A stretch of DNA of 64,000 nucleotides from Lingula anatina (taxonomy: Eukaryota > Animalia > Brachiopoda). The first letter of the stretch is position 1. Each line of letters begins with the position of its first letter. Below the pieces are notes generated by a model. It saw only the letters and a list, made by a program, of their open reading frames with translations. It had not been told where the DNA came from and made no database searches. Shown here piece after piece: positions 50,585 to 64,000 of this stretch. The translations under genes were made by a program, and so were the position numbers. The DNA is taken from assembly GCA_051362555.1 (NCBI GenBank), contig CM120642.1, positions 16,492,001 to 16,556,000 of the forward strand, in the 5' to 3' direction.

Positions 50585-53500
50585 CAGGAGCAGATGGAAG
50601 CCTTATCTGAGCCTTCCGGAAGACAGTCAGAATTTTTTCAGTTTACACTGACAGGCATCTACTGTTTTCTGTCGGAAGATGGTCAAAAGTGGAGGATGGT
50701 TAAACAAAGATAATTTGAAAAACTGTCAGAAAATATCTCTGGGTCCCCCCCTGCAATGAGGAGGAGAAAGAGGATAATAGTGATGATGATGATGACTATG
50801 ACATTGATAGTTATCATAATGATTAAAATCTATCCAGCTAGTATATGAAATGAAAATTAGAAATATATTTCTGTCATAAGTTTTAAAAATAAACAATAAT
50901 CACAGTCATTGCTAACAAACATTAATGCCCGTCAAACTTTTTACTAGTAAAGATATTATATGGATTACCATTGGACATGAAAATGCTTTTTGACAAAAAA
51001 CCAAACTTACATGTACTTTTCAAAATTCCTCCATCACATTCATCAAATTTTTTGAACAAGCTGTATCCTGTTCTTAGACTAGATAGAACAATTAACCGAT
51101 TTCATTCAAATTTAGTTAGAAATTACCTTGGTATGTGTCAGTGCTTTGACAACAGACATCCCCCCCTCCCCCCAATCACGTCTGTCAGTGATTGATATAC
51201 TGATAAATTATATAATTTTACATTATAATGCAAAACACATATAAAGGTCGACTTACTTGATCATTGTCACAGGCCTCAAACTGATATTGCACAAGTTCTG
51301 TGAAGACTAAGTGGTCCCGGAGAAAACACTGAAGACTATATTGGCGGCTCACCTGAAACAATGTCATATATGTATAACCATAATAAAACATTTCAGAACC
51401 ACTGATTGTGATCATGCTTATAAATACTGATTGCTTTTATAATAACAATTATTAACTTATAAATGTAGTTAAGTTTATTTTTTCTTGTCAAAGCAAAAAT
51501 CTGGAAATGAGGTTACAATAACAGTGTAAGTGTCTTCAAACAATGACTGACCTCTGAGTTCAACTGTTGTTTAAAGAAATTATGATCATTGTTACGCAGA
51601 CTTCGTAGCACAGTTAATAATATTCTTTACTGGACACCAGACCAAAATTTTAATTTTGAAGCTCATAAAACAAAATTGGTCAGTACAAACATTGCAGAGT
51701 CAGACTTCTACTTTATTCCTTACCAAAGCTGCATCTGTTAAAATCTTATTGAGACTCTCATGTGCTGCTGTGACACAGTCCAGCTCCGTCTTGCCAAGGA
51801 TTGTCACAAACTCCTGAAACTTCTCGTAGGAGTCGCCATCTAGTTGCTGAATAAAAAGAGGACAAAACACCATAGAGGATTTTGCAAAGATGGCTGAGGT
51901 GGGAAAAAAAGACAAGAAAATGCCATACAGGAATTTGTTAAGAGCTGAGACAGAATGTACTAGGAAAGGCTAGCCCATCTTTAATGTACACACACCTTTC
52001 AGTCTGGGTTTTAGTTGAATTGGATGTGAATAGTTCAAAGGTTTGTCTTCATAACAATATCATACATAATAAATAATATCTTGCTGTCAACTTACAGTTG
52101 ATATAAAGAAGGCCAATATAATATTACTCTAATCCTCAAGCTTTCATTCTGACAAAAGGCATATCAAACATCACTGATATCTGTTCATTACACTTAACAA
52201 AGCCATTAATATTTCACTGCAACTGTGACACATTTTATGGCAAAAACAATTTAACCAAAACATACATAATTGATCAGAACAACTATTAATCATTTTTCCT
52301 GGTTGCACCACCAAGGATGAAGTAAACACATCAAATATATAGAATATAATGACAATGAAGAGATCTGCCATCAGTATAGCTGTAAGCTGTGACAGTAATA
52401 CTATCACTGATTAACGGTTTTAACTTAAGTTATTTCATGAAAACAGACCCAATTTTAGGTTTAGGTTACAAAACATGTATCAAGGCAAAATTTACAAGTT
52501 CAACTTAGACTGTGTCAACAATATTGTGTCTAGCTTGCAACTGGAATTGCGAACCCCACATAAAACATCTGGTCATAAACTGACGTCATCTAGTCAATTC
52601 TAAGTCTAGCTTGGTCCTGGTGTGAATACAACCAGAGCCTCACCTTCATCAAAGCTGGCAGATCTGTGCTGTAGTAGCGGATCTGGTGAGCATTGGCAGC
52701 CACCATGTTGAGAACATACTCGTTCCTTGCCGATGTTGACTTCACCTCGCAGGATTCTTTCCGGGTAGAAAACTGAAAAAATTTCATCAAGAGGTATTAT
52801 TGAATTTACTCATAAATATTCGTAATATATTCCACTAACTTAACTGTTGAAATTGAGAGAAATGTACATTGTTTACATGCTTTTGTTGTAAATGTCATGT
52901 TTATTTAAACATCTAGAGTTTGTTCTGGCAGTAACAAAACCAAATCAATATAAAATCAAATAAATAAATCATAAGCAAATATTGGAAAAGAATATTACCC
53001 TTTTCATCAGAACAAAAGCATTAAATCACAGAAAACATCCAAGTATTGACAAGCCAAATTATCCTATCATTATAACCTAAATATTGTGTTGGTCCATTAA
53101 ATATTGTATATTAATCATTACTTCACAAAAATGTCAACTCACTTTGGCACTGTTTTTCTGAAGACTTGCAAGGGATTGAAAAAGACCAGTGGATTTCCTT
53201 TTTAATCTAAAGTAAAAAAACAATCTATTAAATACCATAATTCAACAATTATTAATAGCATTTTCATATCAACAATTGACATTTTTTCACAAAATTCCTC
53301 AAAGATCACTGTTATAAGTATATGCTATTTGACAATGTACTCTATCTATAAGTCCAAGAAATACACGTGCTATAATTTATAATAACTTATAATAATGCAT
53401 TAATCTCATCACTCAAAGTTAATAAGCTTTATCTTTAAACAATTTTTCCAAGACACATGCCTTCATATACTACACTTAAAGAAAATATAAAATAACCTGC

Positions 53501-54085
53501 AAAATTACTTGGACCACTGAAGTGTAAAATAACTTTACTATGGCTAATACAATGGATTTTTCAACCAAATCAATTTGTTCAAATAATTACCAGTAAATTA
53601 CTCAGAGCTTTCTAAATCATCCTACTCCTAAGTGAATTAAAGTGAGTTAAAAACCACTTATCCCTAATTAGTGTGTTCTGATTATAGAGATGATTTCAAG
53701 ACAGACGTGAAAACCCAGCATTAGTAAATTGGCAATAAAACATCAACTATCAATAATTTCCATTTCAAACAATTAAATATAAAAGCCATCAGTAAAAACC
53801 TATATCCCAGAGTACTAGCTAGAATCATCTTAAAACATTTCTATAAAAATTGTTTTCCTCTTGGCTGTCAAAACATTTCAAATCCTCTACAGCAAATTGA
53901 TATTCCAAAATGTCAATACTTTTCTTCTGCTTCTGCTGCCTTCTGTCTGGCATCGTGTGCTAAGTGCTCTTCATCTGAATAGATTTTCTGAGTCTTTGCC
54001 ATTTCTTGCACAGTCTGAGTTACTTCTTTTTGTAAAAGCTGTAAGTTATCAATGACCTAGGAAAAAACAAAACACAATTGCTTTA

Positions 54086-54131
<46 letters not shown>

Positions 54132-57100
54132 AATATTAACTTCTTAATTTTTTCACATCGGCATATATTATTAATTTCTTTATTTTTTTCACATCAGCAT
54201 ATGTTGAACATGTACAGTAAAAATACAAAATGTGAGACACAGAGCACCCAAATACATTTTGAATCACTACAAAAGCCAAATAAAGATGATGATGATGATG
54301 ATAATGATGATGATGACAAATTGTTAATATTGCTGACATTAATCAGAGAAAGAGAAAGAATTCATGATCAAGAGTCAGAGTAATATTGATACATATATAT
54401 CACATCATGTTACCTTTTTAAGCAGGGTCATTTTTGTATTTTTGGCATTCTTAGCAGGCTCTGAAACTTGCTGCATGTAGATATCTGATGCCTTGAGTCT
54501 CTTCTGGGCCATCCTCTCCATTTCTTCCAGTAGACTTCTCCAAACAGAAGACACTGTCCTAGAACACATAGATCATAGGCAATGTGAATAATGTAGTTAT
54601 AAGACATGCTCTCAGACAAGCACTTTTTTTGACTGTAAAAATGGTTTACTTGTAACTTGTGATCAGGTGATCAATTAATACTGTGTGATTGCTTCCTAAA
54701 TACACTTTCACCAGTGTCATATTGAAATGAATGCATGTTAAGTGCAAGTACATTCTTGTAAAAAAATATGAGCAAATAAAAACATCCAATGTTTTAAATA
54801 ACTTGTGATTTGGAATGGCATTTAACACAATACACAATAAAGGAGTAAGAATGGCACATTACACATCATCTCTTTTTTGAAACTTTCTGATTGAATCCAT
54901 AGGAACATTTCTCAATATTACCCCCATTACAAACTTTTCAAAGTACTTTATTATCCACAAAATAATAGTACTAAACCCATGAATGAATCACCCTGAGGAA
55001 AGCAGAATTGAGACTAATTTTGCTCACAATAAACAATACTCTTCCTATCCTACTTTTAAGTGAGGGAATCTCAGGGTACCACCAATGTTAAGTAAAATGA
55101 CCCTAATTTCCCTGGATGTGTATCAAAATTAAAATCACTCCCGAGGTGATGGCCACTCAATTCAGTGCACATGAGTGGTCAATGTCTTAATTTAAAGACG
55201 GAATCGATTGGCCAGATTCCCAGGACGCTGCAGGCAATTACTAGTTGTAAAGACAACGAGCGCACGCCGGATTCCAAGACGATGACTCCCATAGCCAATA
55301 AAGGAGATTATGTTTTCATCGTCTTTTGGATTGCCTGACAGTGTGTACTTGTTTGTAAGGGGACAATATATCTCAAATTGTTCTTCACCCAATTTGATGA
55401 AATTTCTGAGAACAGACAGTTATTCAGGAGGGAAAGAAGTGTATGATTACAATTTCAACCAAATCTTCTATTAATTAAGAAAATATTCATTCTTTTTTAT
55501 TCTTTTCAGTAATTGCCTTTTCTTGCCAAGTCTCCACTTTAGAAAGCTTTCTAGTGAGTAATAATATCATTTGCCTTATATCAGACACTCTTTCAGATAC
55601 CAAGGAGCAAAGGTTGTTGTAAATTTGCCTCAGTTTTGATGCTTGGAACAAACAAGGATTGTTTTACAAATGTTAAGCTGTAATATTGAGTTAAAACTCA
55701 AATCTTATAAAAAAAATTTTCGTATTTGATATTAACGCACATCTGCACCTTCAGGCAAGTGAAGTCTAACCAAAAGCCATGTACTAAGTATAATTAATGA
55801 CTTACACGAAATGTTTTAGACTCTCATCTAGCTTTTAATTCTTATTTTACCTGCTTAGGTCTATTAACCAGTATATTAATGAGTATATATGTTGCTATCT
55901 AACATCTTTTAAGTGTGTCATAGTAAGAGACAGCATAAGAAAGAGGAGTGATTACTGCACTTGATATGCATATATAAGAATCCAAAAGTAATGCCTGCTA
56001 ATTATGAACATTTATTGTGACTATTTAAGTCTTAAAATTTTTTTTAAAAAAAAAGGCCGTGCTCAGAAAAAATTCCAGTCAAACTAATCCACAATAAATT
56101 TGTGTCACCAGGTTACCTGTAAACCATGCAGGAATTTAATTGTGTACAGAGAGTAGGATCTCTCTCCCATTCCCCAAGTGCATGTACAGATCACTATCAA
56201 GGAAAGCATAATAAATAATCTGATAGAAGAGCAACTTCATCCCAGAGTGACATTGATTTTGACCAAGAGTGTGATTCGATTTTGGCCATGACCCTTCTAT
56301 TAGCTCAATTTCAATCACATGCTTCAGGACTATATATGCAGAAAGACACAGCAATATAGCCTGTAAGTTAGCTATATGATGCAAAACAACAGCTTGATCA
56401 ATGAAGTCTTCAAGATGAAGAGAAATTATTCAGACAGACCTAGTCAAGTGTCTACCAGTTTTGCTGTGTCTATATGTAAATACTTGAGCTAGGCGAACAC
56501 CAAGATAACTTTTGCTTTTAACCAATCTGATCAGCTTAAAACTGAAGGCAAAATATTCCTTCTTCAAATTATTTAAATGACATGATTATGCAACTACTGA
56601 AATGTGTACACCAAAGTTCAATATCTGTCACAAATATTATTATCTGAAATTGAACTTAAACTTCACAAACAAAAACAAATTCAGAGAGAAATACTAGTGG
56701 CAACATATCTCCTATTGCTTTTTCAATTAAAGAAAACATGCACAAAAATATTAAATTAAAAAATATATATAAAGTGAGGAAATTACAAAATGCAATGGCA
56801 GGGGCTTGCTTATATAATAGCAATTACAAATTATACAAAATAATAACGGGTTAGTTAAATGAGAAAAACCTGCATGCTAAAGCTTAAAGTTAATGCTTCA
56901 AAATTAAGCAGTTGACATTTTCTCGCTGATTGTAACTCATAAGAGGCAACAACAGCTACAAAAAAAAAAAAAAAAAAAAAATTAAAAATCAGAAAAATCT
57001 TCATACATCAACAATAAACATTAAAAAAATATCTAAAAACAAAATCCCTATTAACAGATATAAAGCTGTGCATATATTTTACCTTCCATGGCTTATCCTA

Positions 57101-59474
57101 AGCATAAAAAGATTATATTGAGATTAGTAGCATTGATATTTTCAAGCTAACAAAGAAGCATTCTCCTTATACAGAGAAAAATAACATACCAAAACAATGT
57201 ACATCCAAGGAACACTCCAGAGCCCTGTTTTAGTACGGTTCCAAAATTGTTCTTAACATGTAAACCAAACTCTTATACTAGTAGTCTGACCCAAAATAAA
57301 TTGAGAGTACTACAACTCGTACTACTACTACACAGATTTTTGTGCAAGTTTTATAATTAAAGAAAAATTGGAATCTTTCCGACCAATTCTAGTGCTTACT
57401 TTATCTATATAGACCTGACTGAGAATATATTTTGAACTAAAGTAGACTAGATCTTTGGTCTAAAAGTTAAGACAATTATTTTGCAGTCTAAAGTTCTTTT
57501 ATGTGAAACTGGTCTCTTGCATAGTATGGGTCTCAGGTCTGACACCCTGGGTTTCGGGCTGCTGAAAGAAGCTCCATTTCCCACCAGCACACAATGTGAT
57601 TGCATTCCATGGTCTATTAGCCTAGTGTACAGATTAACCACAATCTCAGGGTGCTACTCTGAACACCATCAATGCAAAACGCTTCATGTCTGATATCACA
57701 TCAGCTAGCAGACCCTGATTTTCGGAGTTCACTGGAAACTCACATCTATAAAACTAGCAATGGAACAGATATTGGAACCGACATGCTAAATTATATTACT
57801 AGTACAGAGTTGAGTTTCCACCGTCTTCTAAAACTCAGGGTGCATAAGACTCACTTAATGTCAGACAAAAAATACCACTTAGCTAATAAACCATCTTCAC
57901 AAGCCTATTTAGGGCATACGCTCTAGCCTACTAAAGCTAGTAAGATCGTACAACCCTTGAATGAACTGGCTTGTCCCTTATATTACTGACACCTGTGAAC
58001 TCAGAGCTAGTGCTGTTCAAGTTAACCAAAATTTCATTCAAAAATGGAACAAATTTATGTAAACTGAGATATGTCAATGCTCTAATTTTCAAAATGGTAA
58101 TGTAAATAAATTAAAGGGTGACCAACTATTTTTGATCCAACTTAGATCTGGTGAGAACAGGTAGAGTACCACGGTGCATTCAGAAAACACTGCATGATCA
58201 TATTAAGCCATGTGCAATTTAGAATTCTGCTGACAATTCATGCTGAGATTGAATACATAAAGCAAATACACTGTGATTTTTTTTCACAAAGCGAAGCAGC
58301 AAACTTGTTTCTCATGCAATGTCAGGGATATATATGTGTTTACCACAATAAGAAATCTATTGCAATTCCCTACGTAATCACTCATACTCAGTCTGTTAGT
58401 CAGAATGAAAGACTTGCAGGAATTTCAAAGAATTAACACAATGACATTAACGATACAAGTTATTCTGTAATTTCTTTGAAATTCCTATGCGAACAACTTA
58501 TTATGTCTTGCAGGAGGCAAGCACAATTTGATCAAACAGCGCAGTATGTATGTATTAAATTTAAGAAACAGAGTAGGCTTATTACGTGCCAGCACAGTGA
58601 TCATTCATATATATATTTTCTGAACATATAAACTCTTTATTTAAAAATTTATAAATTTAAGTAACTCTCACAAAATTTAAGTTAAATTCATCTATGTACT
58701 TACTTGTATTCCTTTCCATCTTCACCATGAGCCTCAGGGGGAGCTGGGAAATCTTTTTTAGTTAAATATTGGGTGGCAAGTTTGGATAAAGCCTGTGGAC
58801 AAAAAAGAAAATAATTTTTTTAAATACTTCTTAAACAACCAGCTATGGCACAGAGACATCAAAGGAATATACGTACTTAGTCTAGTAATTTACAGCCAAC
58901 CTGAGCAATAATGACAGTTACATTAAAACAAGAAGCAAATTAAAACACCACATTTATTTTAAGTGAGGCTTCATATTCAATGCAAACTGTTGATTACTCA
59001 GTATAAACCTAAACGCATTAAATCTGATGTGCCTGACTGACACCAACATTAAGAGGTTATTTTAGGGGAATTAAACTAAAACCTCTGGTGACATATACCA
59101 CAGCATAAATCATTTCAACTTTCAATGTTATTTATCCCAAAAATATGTTCTTGTAAATATACTCATACAAAATTTCATAGCTCCATATGATACTGTATTG
59201 CTAAATAAGCAACAGAGCACAGCATACCATTATACAAATCATGTACACTGATATCTCAACTAAGAAAATATGAGCTCGGGATAAATGGGCACGTTTTCAT
59301 CTTCGGAGAGAATCACAGTTAATCTTAAGAAATTGAAATATTTGTCATGTGATTAATCATATCCACCAAACAGATAGCAATTTCCCACTTCATTTAAAAA
59401 GAAAAACTGATTCAGAATAGTAATTTTGCTTTTAGTTCCTAATTTCTGTTTTAAATTACTACTGATGGGTAGTA

Positions 59475-59514
<40 letters not shown>

Positions 59515-62500
59515 TTGTGTCTGGGGCTTTCACTTTGTGCAATCTGATAAACAGCTTAACAAGCCCCTTCCTGCCGTTAAGTAGATACAACTACAACTAA
59601 ACAGGTGATAATATGAATACATTGGAAACAAGAAGTAGCATGTTAATCTGATTGTATTCAGCTATAGATACAGCTGCGGAGTTAGTTCAAACTACCTAAT
59701 ATAGTATTACTACATGTACTATAATTTCTTTGTGAATGCACCATAAGGTGACAGGTAGTACAAGTTTTCCAGAAATGGTCTTCTGTTCTTTAAGTTAGAG
59801 GACAGGTAGGACTCGTTTTCCAGGAATGGTCTTGTCTTATCAGTAGGAGGACAGGTAGGACTAGTTTTCCAGGAATGGTCTTGTCTTATCAGTTGAAGGT
59901 CATGTTAACTGTCAATACACGTGGCGTATTAGGTGTGTACGCAATACATGTAAATCTTGATGACATTATGAACAGCCAAGATAAACTATAAAGACATCCG
60001 TTATATAAATCCATAATTATAATAATAAACCACGAGGAAAACTTGGAGTGAAGTGTGAGGGGACCAATTTTATTCATTAAAAAAATTTTAGTTCATATCT
60101 TTTAAAATTATCTGCACATGTCATATTAATTTCACTTCATCATTATTAATTTAAATAGATGTACATCTGAAATATGACTAAATTTAGGCACACCTGGCTC
60201 TCAAATTCTCTCCCCCCCCCCCCCCCCCCCTCCATCTTCCTTCATTCTAGGACTATATAAAGAGAGACATGTCAAATAGAAGGATAACATTACTGGCCTG
60301 AATATTTAACATGTGTGAAACTGAATTCACAGTGTGTGATGTTTTCGTGGTTTATAACAGGTCTTCAAATGCAAGGTATGCCATGTAAACACACCTGTTG
60401 AAAATGTGTTTACACAAAATGCCTCACATTTCTATATTGTACTTTGCTTTCAAAACCTTACCATTGCAGTCCTTCTGATTTGGATTTCCCAAATTTTCAC
60501 CCAGATTGTTAAAAGGGGCAGCATATATAATAGTATTTCATTGATAAATGCCATATTATAATGATTTCTTTCATAATTCATACTTATGTCCAAAGGCGAA
60601 TGTTTACCGTTTTCAAAGAAGGCAATATGCAGGCATATGTGAAATTTTGAAAAAGACAAATAAAAAAAGAAACTGGGCTACAGCAGTCTCTTTGGCAGTT
60701 TTTTTAACACTTTTGACATACTACGTCCTCCCTAGAGTCTACCTAAGGAAAACAGGGTGAGATAGAGATCCTCACTCTACGTAAGTCCTGAATACAGCCT
60801 CATATCATGCTACAATATTATAACTAGACTTTAGACCCCCTTTCTGTTGAAGTCCCAGAGTGAAAACAGCCAAGGATATTATACCACATAGCTTTACATT
60901 ATCAAATTGAATACAGTCAAGGACAACCACATATTTATTAACTACACCACATTTCCTCATGCTGCAATAACTAGAGCACAACAAGACAGTCTGTATCCTC
61001 CTATTGTCCAATGACTCATGTACTAGTACTACTAGTATAGCCACTGTGATATACTAGTACAGGAATTTGTGCTATGAATATACTCTCAGATGACATACCT
61101 TTACTGTGACTTCTACCTGTCAGACATACCATTATGTACCTCTATTTAAGCTATGTGTAACATGTGTCACACTGGGGTGTATGGGTGCTAGAGGACAGGG
61201 AGCAGATTAATGAGTACTCTAATAACCAAGTATGCATGCTCTGCAAGAGTTTCTTAGCATTTGGCTCTATTGGATGTAAATGTGCATTTGTATACATACA
61301 TGTGAAAGTATGCATAGGTGCAAGTGTTATGTGAAACTGAAGTGCATTCAAGTGAACCAAGTATATCTATAGATGCATGTGCAAAAGTGTGTGCTTGTGT
61401 AGGTTTATCTACATGCAAAAGTGTCAGGCCTACCCAACTACCAGACTCGGCACCTAAGGATCCTGAATTAACCGGTATATCGGACCACGCTACCCGTTTT
61501 CAAGGTGTGTGTCAGATCGCATTTCGGAGTATCAGCCAGAACACCGACAGGATGAGCCCTGGCATGTTCGGCTGTCACCTTGATTGGATAGTAAACGATT
61601 GTCGTAAAATCGCTATATGATTTTAAAACCGGGTGCATAATTTTGAAAGCCACCTAGATGAACCTTAGACTGCCACATTAATCTAATACAACGCAAAAAA
61701 GCCCTATCAAAAGTGGTTAAAACATTCAAACCAAATGTCGTAAAGTCCCCATATATCCCCATAGAGACAATAAAATAGAGTACTCTAAAGTAAGAGTACA
61801 GTTTAAGGTTGTTCAGCCGAGCGTGGATGAGCCCGCAGTCGTGCTACAAAATTTGTTCTGGGGTATGATACTCCGAAATGCGATCTGACACACATCTTGA
61901 AAACGGGTAGCGTGGTCCGATATACCGGTTAATTCAGGATCCATAGGTGCCGAGTCTGGTAGTTGGGTAGGCCTGAGTGTGCATGAAAGTGTGCTGTAGA
62001 TGATGTGTGTATGTGCATGCAAGTGTGTACAAGTAAACATGCACGTGCCTTTACATGTGCATGTAGGTATGTGTGTGGCACTGGGATGTGTGTGTGTGTG
62101 TGTTTATGTGCATAGAAGAGCACAGAAACTAAATGGAAAGAAATATACAGTGTGACACGAGAGGTGTGATGTGATGTGAGAGCAGTCTCTTTAGGTTCTT
62201 TTTTAAACTTTTTAGCTTCTCTGAAAACAGCCTTCCAGCTGATACTTCCCTTGTGTACCACAAGGCAACCCACAGGAGGTAAACATGCAGGAAGTTCCCT
62301 CTCTTCAGTTACTGTAGTATTATCCTATACTGCCAGCACTATAAAATTTAATGTAGTATTGATAGTCTTAGTTTAAGGATCAATACAACTGCCAAGTTAG
62401 CAGATGGATGCTTCCCCAAAGGTCAAATATATCAATAAAATTTACCCACACATTCTCTTGTGGTTGGTGTAAATGTTTTTTGCTGTATGTTTATAATTTC

Positions 62501-63278
62501 ATTTTTTCAAAACAGAGTTTTTTACATACATGTATGTCAGACAGTCTATATGTTTGTTTGCTTTCAAATTTGTCTTTTAGCACTTGATAGGTGGCAAATT
62601 TCATCATATCACTTCCTTTTTTCTCTCAAGAGGTATCTGAACAAGAATGTGACCAAACTTTCTGGGGCTCAATTGGGGCATTTTCACAGGAGAAGCAGCC
62701 ATAAGATGCTGAAACGGATAATTTTCTCTAGTTCTGAAACCGTAAAAGCTAGAGACATCTTATTTTTGCATTAAGTAGAGCATGTCAAGCACAACATTCA
62801 CTTTCATTGTCAGTGGTCGTTTTCGAAAGTGTTCACACATCACTGCAATTTTCCTTTTTTTTTTTTTGTATTTTCTCTTTTTTAAAAGCATGTATCATGT
62901 GCATTTCATTTTCATCTTGCATGGTCATTTCTTTATCAGGTTACTTTAATTTGCAATAAATAAACCCTTTTTTTCCAAATTGTTAACTTCCTTATCTTTT
63001 CTATTCTTTCAGCTTACAAATATGCAATGGAAGCTGCATACTTCACAGCTGATGAATGTACTATAGTAGAGGCTTGATTTCCATGATAAGGAAGTTCATT
63101 CATCTTCTGGTAGAGAAAAAATAATTGAGGCATGCACTTTATAAGAAGAAAATTACCCAGGGTTGCATTAGAGGCTTCTGACAATCAAATTGCCATGATG
63201 ATGATACTTAGTTGCAATGCAGCAAATAATCAGTTTATTTATTTTCATATATTGTCAAGCTTGGCAATGTGCATATTA

Positions 63279-63363
<85 letters not shown>

Positions 63364-63578
63364 TTTTTTTTGATGTGACAAGAAGTTGCTAGGTGCCATG
63401 GCTGGCTTGGACTTTGCAAGGATTATCTACTGGTCACTGATTGAACACCAAATGGATCACCTGAGCTTTGACATGGATCTGTGCTGAATAATTACTGATT
63501 ACTTATTACCTGTAGTTAAAATAAAAACCTACCTGAGCATAGTCCTTTTCTATGACTGATCTCTGCTTGGAAAAATTC
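41134..63578 (-). CDS. FCHSD2: F-BAR and double SH3 domain protein (FCHSD1/2, Nervous wreck ortholog); 5' exons lie beyond the window
   Basis: Phase-consistent exons 63578-63533 ([15 protein letters not shown]), 58792-58704, 54558-54414, 54056-53920, 53206-53143, 52772-52644 ([20 protein letters not shown]), 51846-51724, 51352-51257, 50496-50338 ([15 protein letters not shown]), 49692-49609, 49151-49100, 48885-48770, 48195-48031, 47625-47542 and 47022-46794 (SH3a), 46330-46137 (SH3b [22 protein letters not shown]), 45776-45641. These are followed by either 45243-44288 or 42845-42597 + 41282-41134. Confidence 0.92.
41592..41647. repeat. (TA)n microsatellite
   Basis: Direct reading. Confidence 0.95.
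44288..45243 (-). CDS. FCHSD2: FCHSD alternative terminal exon A (Ser/Pro-rich, ends ETSV*)
   Basis: Acceptor gtttcag|GA is in phase 1 with the preceding exon; about 318 open codons end in a class I PDZ motif. Confidence 0.8.
45833..45942. repeat. ~57-bp direct duplication in an intron
   Basis: TGTGGGCCAGTAGATTTTTTTCAAAGCCACTGTTG.TAAATAAATA occurs twice. Confidence 0.85.
50515..50583. repeat. (AAT)n microsatellite immediately upstream of an FCHSD acceptor
   Basis: Direct reading; similar (ATT)n at 54087-54128. Confidence 0.95.
59749..59893. repeat. ~50-bp tandem repeat, 3 copies
   Basis: GACAGGTAGGACT.GTTTTCCAGGAATGGTCTTGTCTTATCAGT is repeated. Confidence 0.85.
61425..61975. mobile_element. 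Young MITE with ~110-bp near-perfect TIRs in an FCHSD intron
   Basis: CAGGCCTACCCAACTACCAGACTCGGCACC...CGGAGTATCA (61425-61533) is mirrored at 61866-61975 with 2 visible mismatches; AGTGT lies on both flanks. Confidence 0.9.
63280..63372. repeat. (TA)n followed by poly-T
   Basis: Direct reading. Confidence 0.95.
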
Positions 63579-63889
63579 CTGGAAACATAAATAATGAATT
63601 AATAAACAGAATTGGCTCTTCAATCAATTTCAGAGAAAAACCTTATAAAATATCAATTATAAGGATTGTATGTACATACAGTGTATGAGATATGTATGAC
63701 AAAGTTTATAATAAACAAAGACTACCTAAACCTCAACAATTTTAGCTTTTTTCCCCAGGATGAAAAAAAACTTTGGGCTGGCGATTCAAGCCCCATAAAA
63801 ACACATAAATCCCAATATATTGCTATATAATTTCTATGTGAGGCTCAAAACCTTTTGATAGTCCCCCCCTGCATGTTAGCCATCATACT

Positions 63890-64000
63890 CAGGTCTACCC
63901 AACTACCAGATGTGGCACCAGACGATCCAGAATTCACTGTAGATCAGATCATGCTACCAGTCTGAGTCTCAAAATGTGGGGATTTAAGGGCTTAATTTTC
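63890..64000. mobile_element. Older, diverged relative of the 61425 MITE (left TIR, runs off the window)
   Basis: CAGGTCTACCCAACTACCAGATGTGGCACCAGACGATCCAGAATT resembles the 61425 TIR. Confidence 0.7.

Noticed and set aside
55190-55410. CpG-rich patch in an FCHSD intron as a possible nested gene
   Set aside because: Only a short ORF without a domain; more likely a repeat fragment, but the family could not be supported.

Overview
AT-rich, intron-containing animal genomic DNA (GT-AG introns, microsatellites, L2/CR1, RTE, Tc1 and MITE relics), most consistent with a marine invertebrate; the species cannot be determined from the sequence. Left to right: (1) last five exons of an unidentified + strand gene ending in an NPxY- and PDZ-motif tail (37-4396); (2) intact GT11 alpha-1,2-fucosyltransferase (7178-8320); (3) an intron-retaining, 5'-truncated TAF1 double-bromodomain fragment with an in-frame stop (10260-~12690), followed by an L2/CR1 LINE; (4) an orphan class A GPCR with an intronless CDS (16292-17614, -); (5) a decayed Tc1 element and other repeats; (6) a broken second fucosyltransferase copy (24991-25826); (7) a tandem cluster of two intact two-coding-exon genes, each encoding a 621-aa CARD-B-box1-B-box2-coiled-coil-NHL protein, plus an NHL relic between them; (8) most of an FCHSD/Nervous wreck gene (F-BAR + 2 SH3, - strand, 41134-63578) with two alternative PDZ-motif C-termini. 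The best candidate for an undescribed system is the RING-less, CARD-headed TRIM-NHL cluster: a pyrin-like sensor architecture with a homogenised CARD and divergent propeller loops. Exon boundaries and alignments were read by hand, and no database search was run.
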